Of a stretch of DNA of 64,000 bases, positions 19,789 to 29,453 are shown in pieces. A model generated the notes under the pieces. The model did not search any database and had not been told where the DNA came from. It worked only from the letters and a program-made list of their open reading frames with translations. Location of the stretch: the NCBI GenBank assembly GCA_965218095.1, contig OZ244587.1:5760001-5824000 (forward strand). Direction: 5' to 3'. Within the stretch, counting starts at the first letter, position 1. The number at the start of each line of letters is the position of its first letter. This stretch comes from Candidatus Poribacteria bacterium (lineage in GTDB: Bacteria; Poribacteria; WGA-4E; PCPOR2b). The position numbers and the translations under genes are program-made.

Positions 19789-20754
19789 ATGCAACGGAAA
19801 TACAATCTCGCATATTTCGTGTTAGCTAGGGTTGTAGTCTTGGGTCTGACGACGCTAATGATGGGCGTTGACGCACATGCACAGATTGCCTTCGTGTCTG
19901 AGAGGGATGGGAACCTTGAAATCTACGTGATGGAGGCGGATGGGCAGAATCCTCAAAGGCTCACAGACAGTCCCGCGGATGAATGGACGCCCTCATGGTC
20001 TCCTGGCGGTGAACGCATTGTCTTCGATTCCAATAGGGATGAAAACTGGGAAGTCTACGTGATGGAGGCGGATGGGCAGAATCCTCAAAGGCTCACAGAC
20101 AATCCCGCGTATGACTGTTGTCCCTCATGGTCACCTGACGGTGAACGCATTGCCTTCGTGTCTAAGAGAGATGGGAACCGTGAAATCTACGTGATGGACG
20201 CCGATGGGGGTAATCCTCAAAGGCTCACAGACAATAATCCCTGGTTTAACAGTTCTCCCTCATGGTCACCTGACGGTGAACGCATTGTCTTCGCGTCCCT
20301 TAGAGATAAAAACTGGGAAATCTACGTGATGGAGGCGGATGGTCGAAATCCTCGAAACCTCACCAAAAATCTCGCGCTTGACTGGGCTCCCTCATGGTCT
20401 CCTAATGGTAGACGCATTGCCTTCGTGTCTGAGAGAGATGGGAACTATGAAATCTACGTGATGGAGGCGGATGGTCGAAATCCTCGAAACCTCACCAAAA
20501 ATCGTCATGATGACGGTTCACCCTCATGGTCTCCTAATGGTAGACGCATTGTCTTCTGTTCCAATAGGTCTGTTCCAATAAGGGATGGAAACGAAGAAAT
20601 CTACGTGATGAACGCCAATGGCGGGAATCCTCGAAACCTCACCAAAAGTCCTTTAGCGGACTATCATCCTGCGTGGTTTCGCCCTCCTTTTGCGGTTTCT
20701 TCCGCAGGCAAGAAACTCACGATGTGGGGGTGGCTCAAACAGGTCGTCCGATAA
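19789..20754 (+). CDS. Secreted TolB-like beta-propeller (six PD40/WD40-like repeats) with short conserved C-terminal motif
   Basis: RBS AAGGAGG, ATG 19789; signal peptide ending AHA|Q; six repeats of IAFVSxRDGNxEIYVMxADGxNPxxLT...PSWSP; tail AVSSAGKKLTMWGWLKQ. Confidence 0.9.
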   Translation: MQRKYNLAYFVLARVVVLGLTTLMMGVDAHAQIAFVSERDGNLEIYVMEADGQNPQRLTDSPADEWTPSWSPGGERIVFDSNRDENWEVYVMEADGQNPQRLTDNPAYDCCPSWSPDGERIAFVSKRDGNREIYVMDADGGNPQRLTDNNPWFNSSPSWSPDGERIVFASLRDKNWEIYVMEADGRNPRNLTKNLALDWAPSWSPNGRRIAFVSERDGNYEIYVMEADGRNPRNLTKNRHDDGSPSWSPNGRRIVFCSNRSVPIRDGNEEIYVMNANGGNPRNLTKSPLADYHPAWFRPPFAVSSAGKKLTMWGWLKQVVR

Positions 20755-20831
20755 CTGCTATTATTGAGAAAACCGGGACCGAGATAAGGGTGACTGAAGG
20801 TGGGGGGAAGGTTTACCGCTGACGATTTTGA

Positions 20832-20930
20832 AATGTCCCTACCCGCACAGTGACCTTCAAGGCTGGCAAAAACAGCCGCCTCGCCAAGTGCCGCAATGAG
20901 GGAGGGCATTGGGGCTTCTATTTTAACGGA
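20832..20930 (+). pseudogene. Orphan fragment of the PA14/GLEYA-like C-terminal domain
   Basis: VTFKAGKNSRLAKCRNEGGHWGFYF versus the gene 1 tail VTLNAGDNRILVKVCRTGLPWRFYL. Confidence 0.5.
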
Positions 20931-20940
20931 GGAAATCAAC

Positions 20941-23184
20941 ATGAATTTAACGGAGGAAATCAACATGAAGACCGTATTCACCGCATTGCGCATTTTCATT
21001 GTAACCCTTGGTATCACCACATCCCCAGTCTGGCTCGTCAATCCGGCATTGAGTTTGGATGGAGATTCTGTTAAGGTTCCTGCCTTCACCGATGTGGGCC
21101 AAAGTGCGGGGGTGGCTGACCCGGGCTGGGGGAGGGGTGTCGCCTTTGGGGACTACGACAACGATGGCGACCTTGACATCTACCTGACGAATGGCCGCCA
21201 CCGCAGCACGGACCGGCTGTATCGGAACAACGGGGACGGAACCTTCACCGACGTGGGCCAAAGTGCGGGGGTGGCTGACCCGGGCTGGGGGAGGGGTATC
21301 GCCTTTGGGGACTGCGATAACGATGGCGACCTTGATATCTACTTGGTAAACATGGGTGAGAACCGGCTGTATCGGAACAACGGGGACGGAACCTTCACCG
21401 ACGTGGCTGCCAGTGCAGGGGTGGACGACAACACTGCCAGTGCGGAGATGCACGACAGCGGGGTTGGGGGAGTTATCGCCTTCGGGGACTACGACCAGGA
21501 TGGCGATCTTGATATCTACCTGGCACCCGAGGGCATGAACCGGCTGTACCGCAACAACGGGGATGGGAGCTTCATCGACGTGGGCCAAAGCGCAGGCGTG
21601 GCTGACACAGGGGACGGGAATGGCGTCGCCTTTGGGGACCACGATAACGATGGCGACCTCGACATCTACCTGGCCAACAACCGCGGTGGCCCAAACCGCC
21701 TGTATCGGAACAATGGGGATGGGAGCTTCATCGACGTGGGCCAAAGCGCAGGGGTAGCTGATACGGGGTGGGGTCAAGGCATTGCCTTTGGGGACTACGA
21801 TAACGATGGCGACCTTGACATCTACCTGGCCAACACCAGCGGTGGCCCAAACCGCCTATACCGGAACAACAGGGATGGGACGTTCACTGACGTGGCCGCC
21901 ATGGTGGGGGTGGCTGACACTGGGAATGGAAATGGCGTCGCCTTTGGGGACTACGATAACGATGGCGACCTTGACATCTACCTGGTCAACGCCGGCCTCC
22001 AACCGAACCGTCTGTATCGGAACAACGGGGATGGGAGCTTCACCGACGTGGGCCAAAGCGTAGGCGTAGCTGACACAGGAGGCGGGAATGGCGTCGCCTT
22101 TGGGGACTACGATAACGATGGCGACCTCGACATCTACGTGGTCAACGGTGGCTACTTCCAACTGTCCAACAACCGCCTGTATCAGAACAATCAGAATGAC
22201 CCAAACTTCCTCTTCGTTCGTCCGCTTGATGCTCAGGGGCGATTCAATCGTCACGGAGCGGTGGTCCGCGTTTTTGAAGCCGGCACGGGCGCGTTGGTTG
22301 GAATGAGAACCATTGATTCAGGCAGCAGCATGGCTTCCCAAAACGCTTATGATGCCCACTTTGGGCTTCCCTCTACCGGCACTTACGATATCGAAGTAAC
22401 TTTCCCCGGCGGCATCGTGCAGACGCTAACCGATGTCCCCGCGAACCAACGGCTTACCGTAACTGAAGGGATGATCGCCCCTATCGGCCTTAAGGACAAG
22501 ATTGCCAATCCCGGCGCCCCATTTTCCATGAACATTTCGGTCAGGTTATCAGAAGCCCTCCACCACTTCAGCTTCGACCTCAAATTCGACCCCTCTGTTC
22601 TACAGGCTGTGAGCGTTAAAGAGGGGCCCCTCTTAAGTCGTGATGGCGCCGATGCCACCTCGTGGGAGGAACCTCAACTAGACAATAACAACGGCGTCAT
22701 AACCAACATCCAATGTCGTCGAATGGGAATCGACGGTATTGCAGAGAGCGTGGGAGTTCTCGCCGTTGTGAATTTCAAAGCCATCAAAATGGGCCACAGC
22801 AACATCAGCGTCCAAAACCGCCGTCTTTTAACGCCAAGTGGGGAGGAAATCGACGCCCCAGTGCGAGCCGGTTCAGTGGCTATCTTTCCCCACGGCAGCA
22901 TCTCTGGTGTCGTCATTGACGCTGAGAAACAAATTCCTCTCTCAGGAGCCAAAATCGAAGCCTCAAAAGATGGCTTTTTCTTCGGGCTTTCCACGTATTC
23001 AGACGACGAGGGAAAGTATACTCTGGAGGGCGTTCCTATCGGGGATTTGGACGTGACAGCCTTCAAATTCCCCTACCTCCAAACAACAACCGAGACCCAT
23101 GTGAAGCGAGGGGAAATGACGTCCAACCTCGATTTTGGCATGAAGCCCCTCCTCTCCAGTGACGCGCAAGATTGGCAAAAATAG
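20941..23184 (+). CDS. Secreted FG-GAP/VCBS seven-repeat (CRTAC1-like) protein with ASPIC/UnbV, cohesin and carboxypeptidase-regulatory-like domains
   Basis: Seven GDxDNDGDLDIY repeats; ASPIC-like SGSSMASQNAYDAHFGL; cohesin-like FSFDLKFDPSVLQAVSVKEG; GSISGVVIDA...SDDEGKYTLEGVP. Start is at 20941 or 20965 (duplicated RBS+ATG). Confidence 0.85.
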   Translation: MNLTEEINMKTVFTALRIFIVTLGITTSPVWLVNPALSLDGDSVKVPAFTDVGQSAGVADPGWGRGVAFGDYDNDGDLDIYLTNGRHRSTDRLYRNNGDGTFTDVGQSAGVADPGWGRGIAFGDCDNDGDLDIYLVNMGENRLYRNNGDGTFTDVAASAGVDDNTASAEMHDSGVGGVIAFGDYDQDGDLDIYLAPEGMNRLYRNNGDGSFIDVGQSAGVADTGDGNGVAFGDHDNDGDLDIYLANNRGGPNRLYRNNGDGSFIDVGQSAGVADTGWGQGIAFGDYDNDGDLDIYLANTSGGPNRLYRNNRDGTFTDVAAMVGVADTGNGNGVAFGDYDNDGDLDIYLVNAGLQPNRLYRNNGDGSFTDVGQSVGVADTGGGNGVAFGDYDNDGDLDIYVVNGGYFQLSNNRLYQNNQNDPNFLFVRPLDAQGRFNRHGAVVRVFEAGTGALVGMRTIDSGSSMASQNAYDAHFGLPSTGTYDIEVTFPGGIVQTLTDVPANQRLTVTEGMIAPIGLKDKIANPGAPFSMNISVRLSEALHHFSFDLKFDPSVLQAVSVKEGPLLSRDGADATSWEEPQLDNNNGVITNIQCRRMGIDGIAESVGVLAVVNFKAIKMGHSNISVQNRRLLTPSGEEIDAPVRAGSVAIFPHGSISGVVIDAEKQIPLSGAKIEASKDGFFFGLSTYSDDEGKYTLEGVPIGDLDVTAFKFPYLQTTTETHVKRGEMTSNLDFGMKPLLSSDAQDWQK

Positions 23185-23246
23185 ACAGATGCTGATACCT
23201 CATCGCTTGTGCCGGAATTCAAACTCGACTATTGTGATTTTGTGAT

Positions 23247-23276
23247 TTGACATATCTGCCTCACAAATGGTATCAT
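23247..23276 (+). promoter_or_regulatory. Putative sigma70 promoter upstream of the DUF3782/MoxR cluster
   Basis: TTGACA-18 bp-TATCAT with extended -10 TG. Confidence 0.5.
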
Positions 23277-23289
23277 CAGTTCAAGGTTG

Positions 23290-23479
23290 CGCTCCGGCTG
23301 TCAATCGACACACGATTCCCGTGATGCTTCATGCCGGTAAAAACAGCATTCTCGCCAAAATCAGCGGGCGACAGTGGGAACGGGGGTTCTACTTGTGGCT
23401 GACCAATATGGACGGCATCCCATTTGAGGATTTGGCGTTTATAAGTTCACTGTCGATTCAAAAGTCGGTGGAAAAATGA
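23290..23479 (+). pseudogene. Orphan 3' end of a giant-TPR-type C-terminal domain
   Basis: HTIPVMLHAGKNSILAKISGRQWERGFYLWLTNMDGIPFEDLAF aligns to the gene 1 end DIIPVTLNAGDNRILVKV...WRFYLRITDTNGKPFEDLEF. The 16 bp CCATTTGAGGATTTGG is identical at 9942 and 23420. Confidence 0.75.
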
Positions 23480-23486
23480 GGTTACT

Positions 23487-24356
23487 ATGCGAGAGTATTT
23501 GCGGATTCTTGAACAAATTCCGATTGAATTGAGAGAACCGATAGCAGAGTTAGTGGAGGTTATTGAAAATCGACTCCGTTCTGAATTTAGCGTTACTCGT
23601 CAGGATTTTAATCGTTTGGAGAACGTTGTCGCCGAACTGGCTCAAATGCAGAAGGAAACCCGAGTCGAACTGACAGAGATCGCCCAAGCGCAAAAGCGAA
23701 CCGACCAGACAATGGCGGAACTCGCTCAAGCGCAGAAAGAAACTCGAGCCGAACGGAACGAGTTAGTTCAAGCACAAAAGCGAACCGACCAGGCAATGGC
23801 GGAACTCGCTCAAGCGCAGAAAGAAACTCGAGCCGAACGGAACGAGTTAGTTCAAGCGCAAAAGCGAACCAACCAGGCAATGGCGGAACTCGCTCAAGCG
23901 CAGAAGCGAACCGAAGAGCAGGTTGCTAGATGGGCTCAAGAACAACAAAGCTTTAGGCGGACTTTCGACTCACAAATCGGTGGGCTTGGTGCCCGCTGGG
24001 GCGTTCAAACTGAGGCTTCATTCCGTAACGCAATGGACAATATTTTGGAAGACCTCGGCTTCCGAGTTGAGCAATACCTCGAGCGAGACTTAGGGGGGAA
24101 GGTACATGGACATCCCGATCAGGTCGAACTGGACGTTGTGATCCAGGATGGAAAACTGATCGTCATTGAGATTAAATCCTCAATGAGCAAATCGGATGTC
24201 TATATATTTGAGCGGAAGGTCGAGTTTTACATAGAAACGGAGGACAGAACCGTCGATCGCAAATTGATCGTCTCTCCATTTGTTGATACCGGTGTAATGA
24301 TTGTCGCTGACAAACTTGGAATAGAGGTTTTTACAGATATTAACGAAGTTTCATAA
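23487..24356 (+). CDS. DUF3782-family coiled-coil protein with PD-(D/E)xK nuclease-like C-terminal domain
   Basis: LAQAQKRT coiled-coil repeats; LGARWG; ELDVVI...IEIKSS; RKLIVSPFVD. Confidence 0.8.
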   Translation: MREYLRILEQIPIELREPIAELVEVIENRLRSEFSVTRQDFNRLENVVAELAQMQKETRVELTEIAQAQKRTDQTMAELAQAQKETRAERNELVQAQKRTDQAMAELAQAQKETRAERNELVQAQKRTNQAMAELAQAQKRTEEQVARWAQEQQSFRRTFDSQIGGLGARWGVQTEASFRNAMDNILEDLGFRVEQYLERDLGGKVHGHPDQVELDVVIQDGKLIVIEIKSSMSKSDVYIFERKVEFYIETEDRTVDRKLIVSPFVDTGVMIVADKLGIEVFTDINEVS

Positions 24357-24407
24357 GATGCAGCCCAATCTTTGATTGGTGTTCAAAATCAGAAAGGAGC
24401 CAAACAA

Positions 24408-25880
24408 ATGCCTGAAAAATTGATTCTCGAAAAGATTCGCAACGTGCGCCATCGTTTGAACATGCAAAGGGCGTTCCAAACGCTGGCAAGATTTCTATGT
24501 TACGGTGTGCTGGTATGTGTGCCTTTGTTTGTCGTCGATAGTTTCATCGCGACATTTGATATTTCTCCCCTCGTTCTACTCTGGGCCGTGCTGGGTATCT
24601 CAGCCATCGCGCTAACCGCGAGTGTGTTGTGCCCGATTAATCTCCATGAAGCCGCCCGGACAATTGACGTAAGGGCGTCGCTGAAAGATCGCGCTGTGAG
24701 TGGGCTGGAGTTTATTCAGCGGCAGACTGATGAGATGCTGACCGCGTTACAACTCAAAGACACCTCTGACTGCCTGCAATCAGTGGCCGCAAAGGAAGTT
24801 GTTCGCTATTCTATCCCGCGCGAAACCAAGTTTGTCGCGTTGATTATGGCCGTGGGGTTGGTGTTCTCGTACATCGAATTTTTCGCTCCGCCCGAAGCGC
24901 CGGCGACAATCGACTTCTCCCCGCAGATAGCCGCTGAAGCCGATCACCTGCTAAAACAGATTAAGGAATCCGAGAAGGCGGCCGAGGAGATTGGGCTGGA
25001 AGATACGGTAAAGGAGATCGAGGAGAAGGCGCTCAAACTGAAGCAGGCAGGGATTACGCCGAAAGACGCCCTCGCCAAGCTGACCGAAATGAGTGAGATG
25101 CTGTCAGCAAAAATGGATAGCGCAGGAGTTGCGAAGGTAGACGCACTCATGAAGGCACTTGGGGAACAGTTCGTCGCTAACCCTAACTTAGGCGACTTCG
25201 GCTATGCTTTGAAGGACGGAAAATACGAAAAGGCGGCAGAACGTTTGTTTCGGTTGTCCAGCAAACTCAAGAAACTCAATTCGGAGCAACGCCAAAACCT
25301 CGCTGACGCGCTCCAACGTGGTGGCTCGAGCGTGCAGGGAACGGAAATCGAATCGTTCGGAGACGAATTGACCAAAGCCGCAACAGCGTTGGCCCAAAAA
25401 GATCTAAAGGAAGCCGAAAAGCGTCTCCAAAAGGCATGCCAGAGTTTATTAGATTGCGCACGTACAAAGGAAGGCAACCGGCTGCTGGCAAAACTGCTTG
25501 CCCAATGCCAAACATCCAAGGCGGGGATCTGCAAGGCGTGCAACGGCAATGGCAAAAGCAATAGTCCAAGCAACAAGGCAGGAACCGGAACAGATCCCAA
25601 TCCATTCGGTGCTTTGACCAACCTTGACGCCTTCCGTCAATTGGAACGAATTACGGGCGTGCAAGGCACAGGGGAATCCACGGTCGAGATTACAGAAACG
25701 CCTGTTGCTGAAAACCCCGAAACTTCCACTGATGGACAAAGTACGGAAGACAGTTACAAGGAAGTCTATACCAAATACCACAAGCTCTCTGAGGATGCGC
25801 TTTCTCAAGAGCAGATCCCGTTGGGTTACAGATTCTACGTGAAGCGGTATTTTGAGTCCATCAAACCGAATGAGGAGTAG
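24408..25880 (+). CDS. Membrane-anchored coiled-coil protein typical of MoxR/vWA operons (DUF4175-like)
   Basis: RBS AAGGAG; N-terminal TM helices; LKDRAVSGLEF; long coiled coil; C-terminal IPLGYRFYVKRYF. Confidence 0.7.
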   Translation: MPEKLILEKIRNVRHRLNMQRAFQTLARFLCYGVLVCVPLFVVDSFIATFDISPLVLLWAVLGISAIALTASVLCPINLHEAARTIDVRASLKDRAVSGLEFIQRQTDEMLTALQLKDTSDCLQSVAAKEVVRYSIPRETKFVALIMAVGLVFSYIEFFAPPEAPATIDFSPQIAAEADHLLKQIKESEKAAEEIGLEDTVKEIEEKALKLKQAGITPKDALAKLTEMSEMLSAKMDSAGVAKVDALMKALGEQFVANPNLGDFGYALKDGKYEKAAERLFRLSSKLKKLNSEQRQNLADALQRGGSSVQGTEIESFGDELTKAATALAQKDLKEAEKRLQKACQSLLDCARTKEGNRLLAKLLAQCQTSKAGICKACNGNGKSNSPSNKAGTGTDPNPFGALTNLDAFRQLERITGVQGTGESTVEITETPVAENPETSTDGQSTEDSYKEVYTKYHKLSEDALSQEQIPLGYRFYVKRYFESIKPNEE

Positions 25881-25946
25881 GAGGCGTGACAACGCGAAAC
25901 GTGATGTGTAACGGGAGTTCATTACGCTTTACGCTTTACGAGTCAA

Positions 25947-26933
25947 ATGTCGCCAGATCAACTTGAGGGTCAATACCACGAATTTCGTGACGCTTTCAAT
26001 CGTATCCAGCGCGAGGTCTCAAAGCAAATCGTTGGACAGCAGGAGATTATTGAGGGCGTGCTAATTTGCTTGATGACGGGCGGGCATGCGCTCTTAGAGG
26101 GCGTCCCCGGCTTAGGGAAAACACTGCTGATTTGGACACTCCACGAAGTGCTCGATCTGGGGTTCTCCCGAATACAGTTTACGCCAGATCTGATGCCCGC
26201 AGACATCATCGGCACCAACGTCGTTGCAGAGGACGAAAGCGGCCGTAAGTTCTTTGAATTCCAGCAGGGCCCTGTGTTTGCTAATCTGATTCTCGCCGAC
26301 GAGATTAACCGTGCGACGCCCAAAACACAGTCGGCTCTGCTCGAAGCCATGCAGGAAAAATCCGTGACGGTTGCAGGGACACATCACGAATTAGAGCGAC
26401 CGTTCTTCGTCATGGCAACGCAAAATCCGCTGGAGATGGAGGGAACCTATCCGCTCCCCGAAGCCCAACTCGACCGCTTCTTTTTCAAACTTAAGGTGGA
26501 GTATCCGAGCCTTGATGAGCTAGACTTGGTCATGGAACGCACGACGAAGCGGGAGATGCCCGTTGTCGAAAAGGTTTGTGATGGCGAGCAGATCAACGAT
26601 TTGGAGCAGATCGTGCGTGACATTCTCATCGCGGAAGATGTGCGCAGGTATGCCCTCCGCATCGTGTTAGGCACACATCCCGAATCGGAGGACGCGCCGG
26701 AACTCACGAAAAAGTACGTCCGCTACGGTTCAAGCCCTCGTGGCGCACAGGCGTTGATTTTGGCGGGAAAAGTCAAAGCCATCTTGGATGGGCGCTACAA
26801 CGTCGCACATGAGGACATCCAAGCCGCCGCGCTGCCGAGCCTGCGCCATCGCCTCATCCTCAACTTTGAAGGTGAGGCGGAGGGCATTGACCCTGATCAG
26901 ATTATTGGGCATCTGCTGGAGGTTGTTGAGTAG
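25947..26933 (+). CDS. moxR: MoxR-family AAA+ ATPase
   Basis: GHALLEGVPGLGKT, RIQFTPDLMPAD, LADEINRATPKTQSALLEAMQE, ATQNPLEMEGTYPLPEAQLDRF. Confidence 0.95.
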   Translation: MSPDQLEGQYHEFRDAFNRIQREVSKQIVGQQEIIEGVLICLMTGGHALLEGVPGLGKTLLIWTLHEVLDLGFSRIQFTPDLMPADIIGTNVVAEDESGRKFFEFQQGPVFANLILADEINRATPKTQSALLEAMQEKSVTVAGTHHELERPFFVMATQNPLEMEGTYPLPEAQLDRFFFKLKVEYPSLDELDLVMERTTKREMPVVEKVCDGEQINDLEQIVRDILIAEDVRRYALRIVLGTHPESEDAPELTKKYVRYGSSPRGAQALILAGKVKAILDGRYNVAHEDIQAAALPSLRHRLILNFEGEAEGIDPDQIIGHLLEVVE

Positions 26934-26978
26934 AGAGACACGATCAAGCCGATTAACAAATTAACACAGATTGGAGGA

Positions 26979-27971
26979 ATGAACATGACAAATCATGTCG
27001 TAGACGGTCTTCCTGATAATCCGGTATATACGACTGAATTGGGGCTGGCATACCTAGGTGATAGCCTTGAACTGATGAAATGCTTGCCGAGTGAAAGCGT
27101 AAATCTGGTTTTAACTTCCCCACCATTTGCCTTGACCAGTAAGAAGGAGTATGGCAACAAGGACGCTGGAGAGTATGTTGATTGGTTTCTTCCATTCGCC
27201 TCCGAGATCCGAAGAATCATCACTGAAGATGGTTCTTCGGATCTCGACCTTGGCGGGGCATACCTCCCAGGCCATCCGGTCAGAAGCATTTATCAATACG
27301 AACTATTAATCGCTTTAGTCCGGGAAATCGGATTTTACTTGGCTCAGGAATTTTTTCATTATAATCCAGCGAGATTACCTGCTCCCGCCGAGTGGGTCAA
27401 TGTAAGGCGAATCCGGGTAAAAGATTCGGTGAATGTGGTTTGGTGGTTGTCTAAAACTGAATATCCTAAAGCGAACAACCGAAACGTCCTCTGCCCCTAC
27501 ACCGAAGCCATGAAGCAGTTACTTAAGAAAGGCTATCGTCCTCAGAAGAGACCGAGTGGACATGATATAACCCACAAATTCAACCAAGATAATAACGGTT
27601 CAATCCCCCCGAATTTGTTAGAATTGGGTAATAATGATTCAAATAGTAACTACATGCGAGAATGTAAGAAAAACGGTATTAAACCGCATCCTGCACGATT
27701 TCCGCGAAAATTTCCTGAGTTCTTTATTAAATTTTTAACAGACACGGGAAACCTTGTTGTTGATCCTTTTGCCGGATCAAATACAACTGGATATGTGTCC
27801 GAATATCTAGAACGTCAATGGTTAGCGTTTGAAATCGAAGAAAGTTATATACGGGCAAGCCACTTTAGATTTGAACTAGATTTATACCATTATGATGTTG
27901 CGGATTATGATACGGACGTGGAACCTCAACTGAAATTATTCTCGGCAAGTGAAGACTATGGCGATTCTTAG
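26979..27971 (+). CDS. Beta-class N4-cytosine DNA methyltransferase, M.PvuII-like
   Basis: TSPPFAL..KKEYGN (motif IV) precedes HPARFP and [10 protein letters not shown] (motif I). Many segments recall M.PvuII ([33 protein letters not shown]). Confidence 0.9.
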   Translation: MNMTNHVVDGLPDNPVYTTELGLAYLGDSLELMKCLPSESVNLVLTSPPFALTSKKEYGNKDAGEYVDWFLPFASEIRRIITEDGSSDLDLGGAYLPGHPVRSIYQYELLIALVREIGFYLAQEFFHYNPARLPAPAEWVNVRRIRVKDSVNVVWWLSKTEYPKANNRNVLCPYTEAMKQLLKKGYRPQKRPSGHDITHKFNQDNNGSIPPNLLELGNNDSNSNYMRECKKNGIKPHPARFPRKFPEFFIKFLTDTGNLVVDPFAGSNTTGYVSEYLERQWLAFEIEESYIRASHFRFELDLYHYDVADYDTDVEPQLKLFSASEDYGDS

Positions 27972-28944
27972 CAAAAAGGCACTTCTAAACCACATTGTGG
28001 GAGCTGTCCATGGATGTGATTGGAACGTTTTATATATCTCTACAGCACATCCGTTCAGGCTTAATGTCTTTCGGGATGACGTCAACTATCGAATCAAGAT
28101 CTATATTTGGAACTTGACACACGGAGGTGGTTCAGCAAGGCCAGGAGATGAATATAGAATACAAGTCAAGGTCAAAAAAGCTTTTGGCGAAGAAACTGGT
28201 TGGACAACGTTAATTTTGGGGTGGTGGGATGAAGTTGGTGTTTTCGCCGGTTTCGATCTTCGTAAGCATTATGGACTACCTGGATGGTCATCACCAATAC
28301 AGATAAAAGAGGAAGCCTTGCGACATGCCTACATCAACGGATTCGCGGCTTCAGATAAAGGTAATCAAGAAATCGCTATGGCGTTCCGACCTGATTTTTT
28401 TATCCATTATTTGCAAAATCTCCAACTATTACATGACTTCGGGCAATCACCAGAAGACTTGGAAACTTTGAACACAGTCTCTGAAAACCCCGAAATCAAC
28501 GAACAGGACATTCCAATTACAAATCCGGAACGAAAAACGGCAGTCATCACTCTAAAAAAGAAACTGCGGGATATTAGTTTCAGAAAACGGGTTTTGACAG
28601 CTTATAATTCGAGATGTGCCATCTGTGGCATTCAACTAAACTTGGTTGAAGCCGCCCATATCGTACCTGTCCAGGAAAGTGGTACTGAAGAAACTGCTAA
28701 CGGTTTAGCATTATACGCCCTTCACCACAAAGCCTACGATAGTTCAATAATTACTGTATTGGAAGACTATCGTGTCAAATTAAGTGATGCGAAGGTATTA
28801 CAGCTAAAGCAGAACGGTTTGGAAGATGGTTTGGAAGATTTTAAAAGCAACTTGCGTCCAATCATTCACTTACCCCCAGCCATATCCGATAGACCTCATA
28901 TTAAGTATATCAGGTTAGCCAACCGAATCCGTGCATGGAGTTGA
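27958..28944 (+). CDS. HNH endonuclease with N-terminal methylase-associated (MTaX1-like) domain
   Basis: Overlaps the MTase stop. N-terminal [19 protein letters not shown]; C-terminal [17 protein letters not shown]...EAAHIVP...[14 protein letters not shown]. Confidence 0.8.
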   Translation: MAILSKKALLNHIVGAVHGCDWNVLYISTAHPFRLNVFRDDVNYRIKIYIWNLTHGGGSARPGDEYRIQVKVKKAFGEETGWTTLILGWWDEVGVFAGFDLRKHYGLPGWSSPIQIKEEALRHAYINGFAASDKGNQEIAMAFRPDFFIHYLQNLQLLHDFGQSPEDLETLNTVSENPEINEQDIPITNPERKTAVITLKKKLRDISFRKRVLTAYNSRCAICGIQLNLVEAAHIVPVQESGTEETANGLALYALHHKAYDSSIITVLEDYRVKLSDAKVLQLKQNGLEDGLEDFKSNLRPIIHLPPAISDRPHIKYIRLANRIRAWS

Positions 28945-29084
28945 TGTTACCCGCGAAAGGATAGATTATCGGGAGAGGAATTGGGCAACGACGAACTAAG
29001 CACGTAAGTCCTAATCTGTTGGAGGTTGTTCAGTAGAAAACAGGTAAGGACATTACTAGAGCAAACCCGAAGGAGGGAAAGAAC

Positions 29085-29453
29085 ATGAAAACGAGTCGGT
29101 TACTAACGATCATCGCTGCACTTAGTATATCATCGTTGGTTCTCTTGATTACATTTAATTCCACAATTTTGGGGAATGAGAAAGCTTCTGAATCGACAAC
29201 AGAGACGCTCATCCCACAGATCCAAGACCTGCAAAAGGAGATTGAAGCCCTTAAAGAACGTGTCGGTAGACTGGAAAGTGAACGAAAAATACCTCCCACT
29301 GTGCCACAAGACCTACCTTCTGTAAATACAATTCCGCACATGAATCAACTCCCCAAAGGTTCAGTGGAGGGAGAGATCAACAGTATGATCTATTACATTA
29401 TCCCGTTGCAGAACCAAAATGTCGATAAATTAGTGTTGCCTAGCCAGAGGTGA
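29085..29453 (+). CDS. Small exported coiled-coil hypothetical protein
   Basis: RBS GGAGG; N-terminal hydrophobic leader; heptad QIQDLQKEIEALKERVGRLE. Confidence 0.6.
   Translation: MKTSRLLTIIAALSISSLVLLITFNSTILGNEKASESTTETLIPQIQDLQKEIEALKERVGRLESERKIPPTVPQDLPSVNTIPHMNQLPKGSVEGEINSMIYYIIPLQNQNVDKLVLPSQR

Noticed and set aside
19880-22200. Regularly spaced DNA repeats resembling a CRISPR array
   Set aside because: They are in-frame coding repeats (PD40 and FG-GAP blades) without unique spacers, and no cas genes are present.
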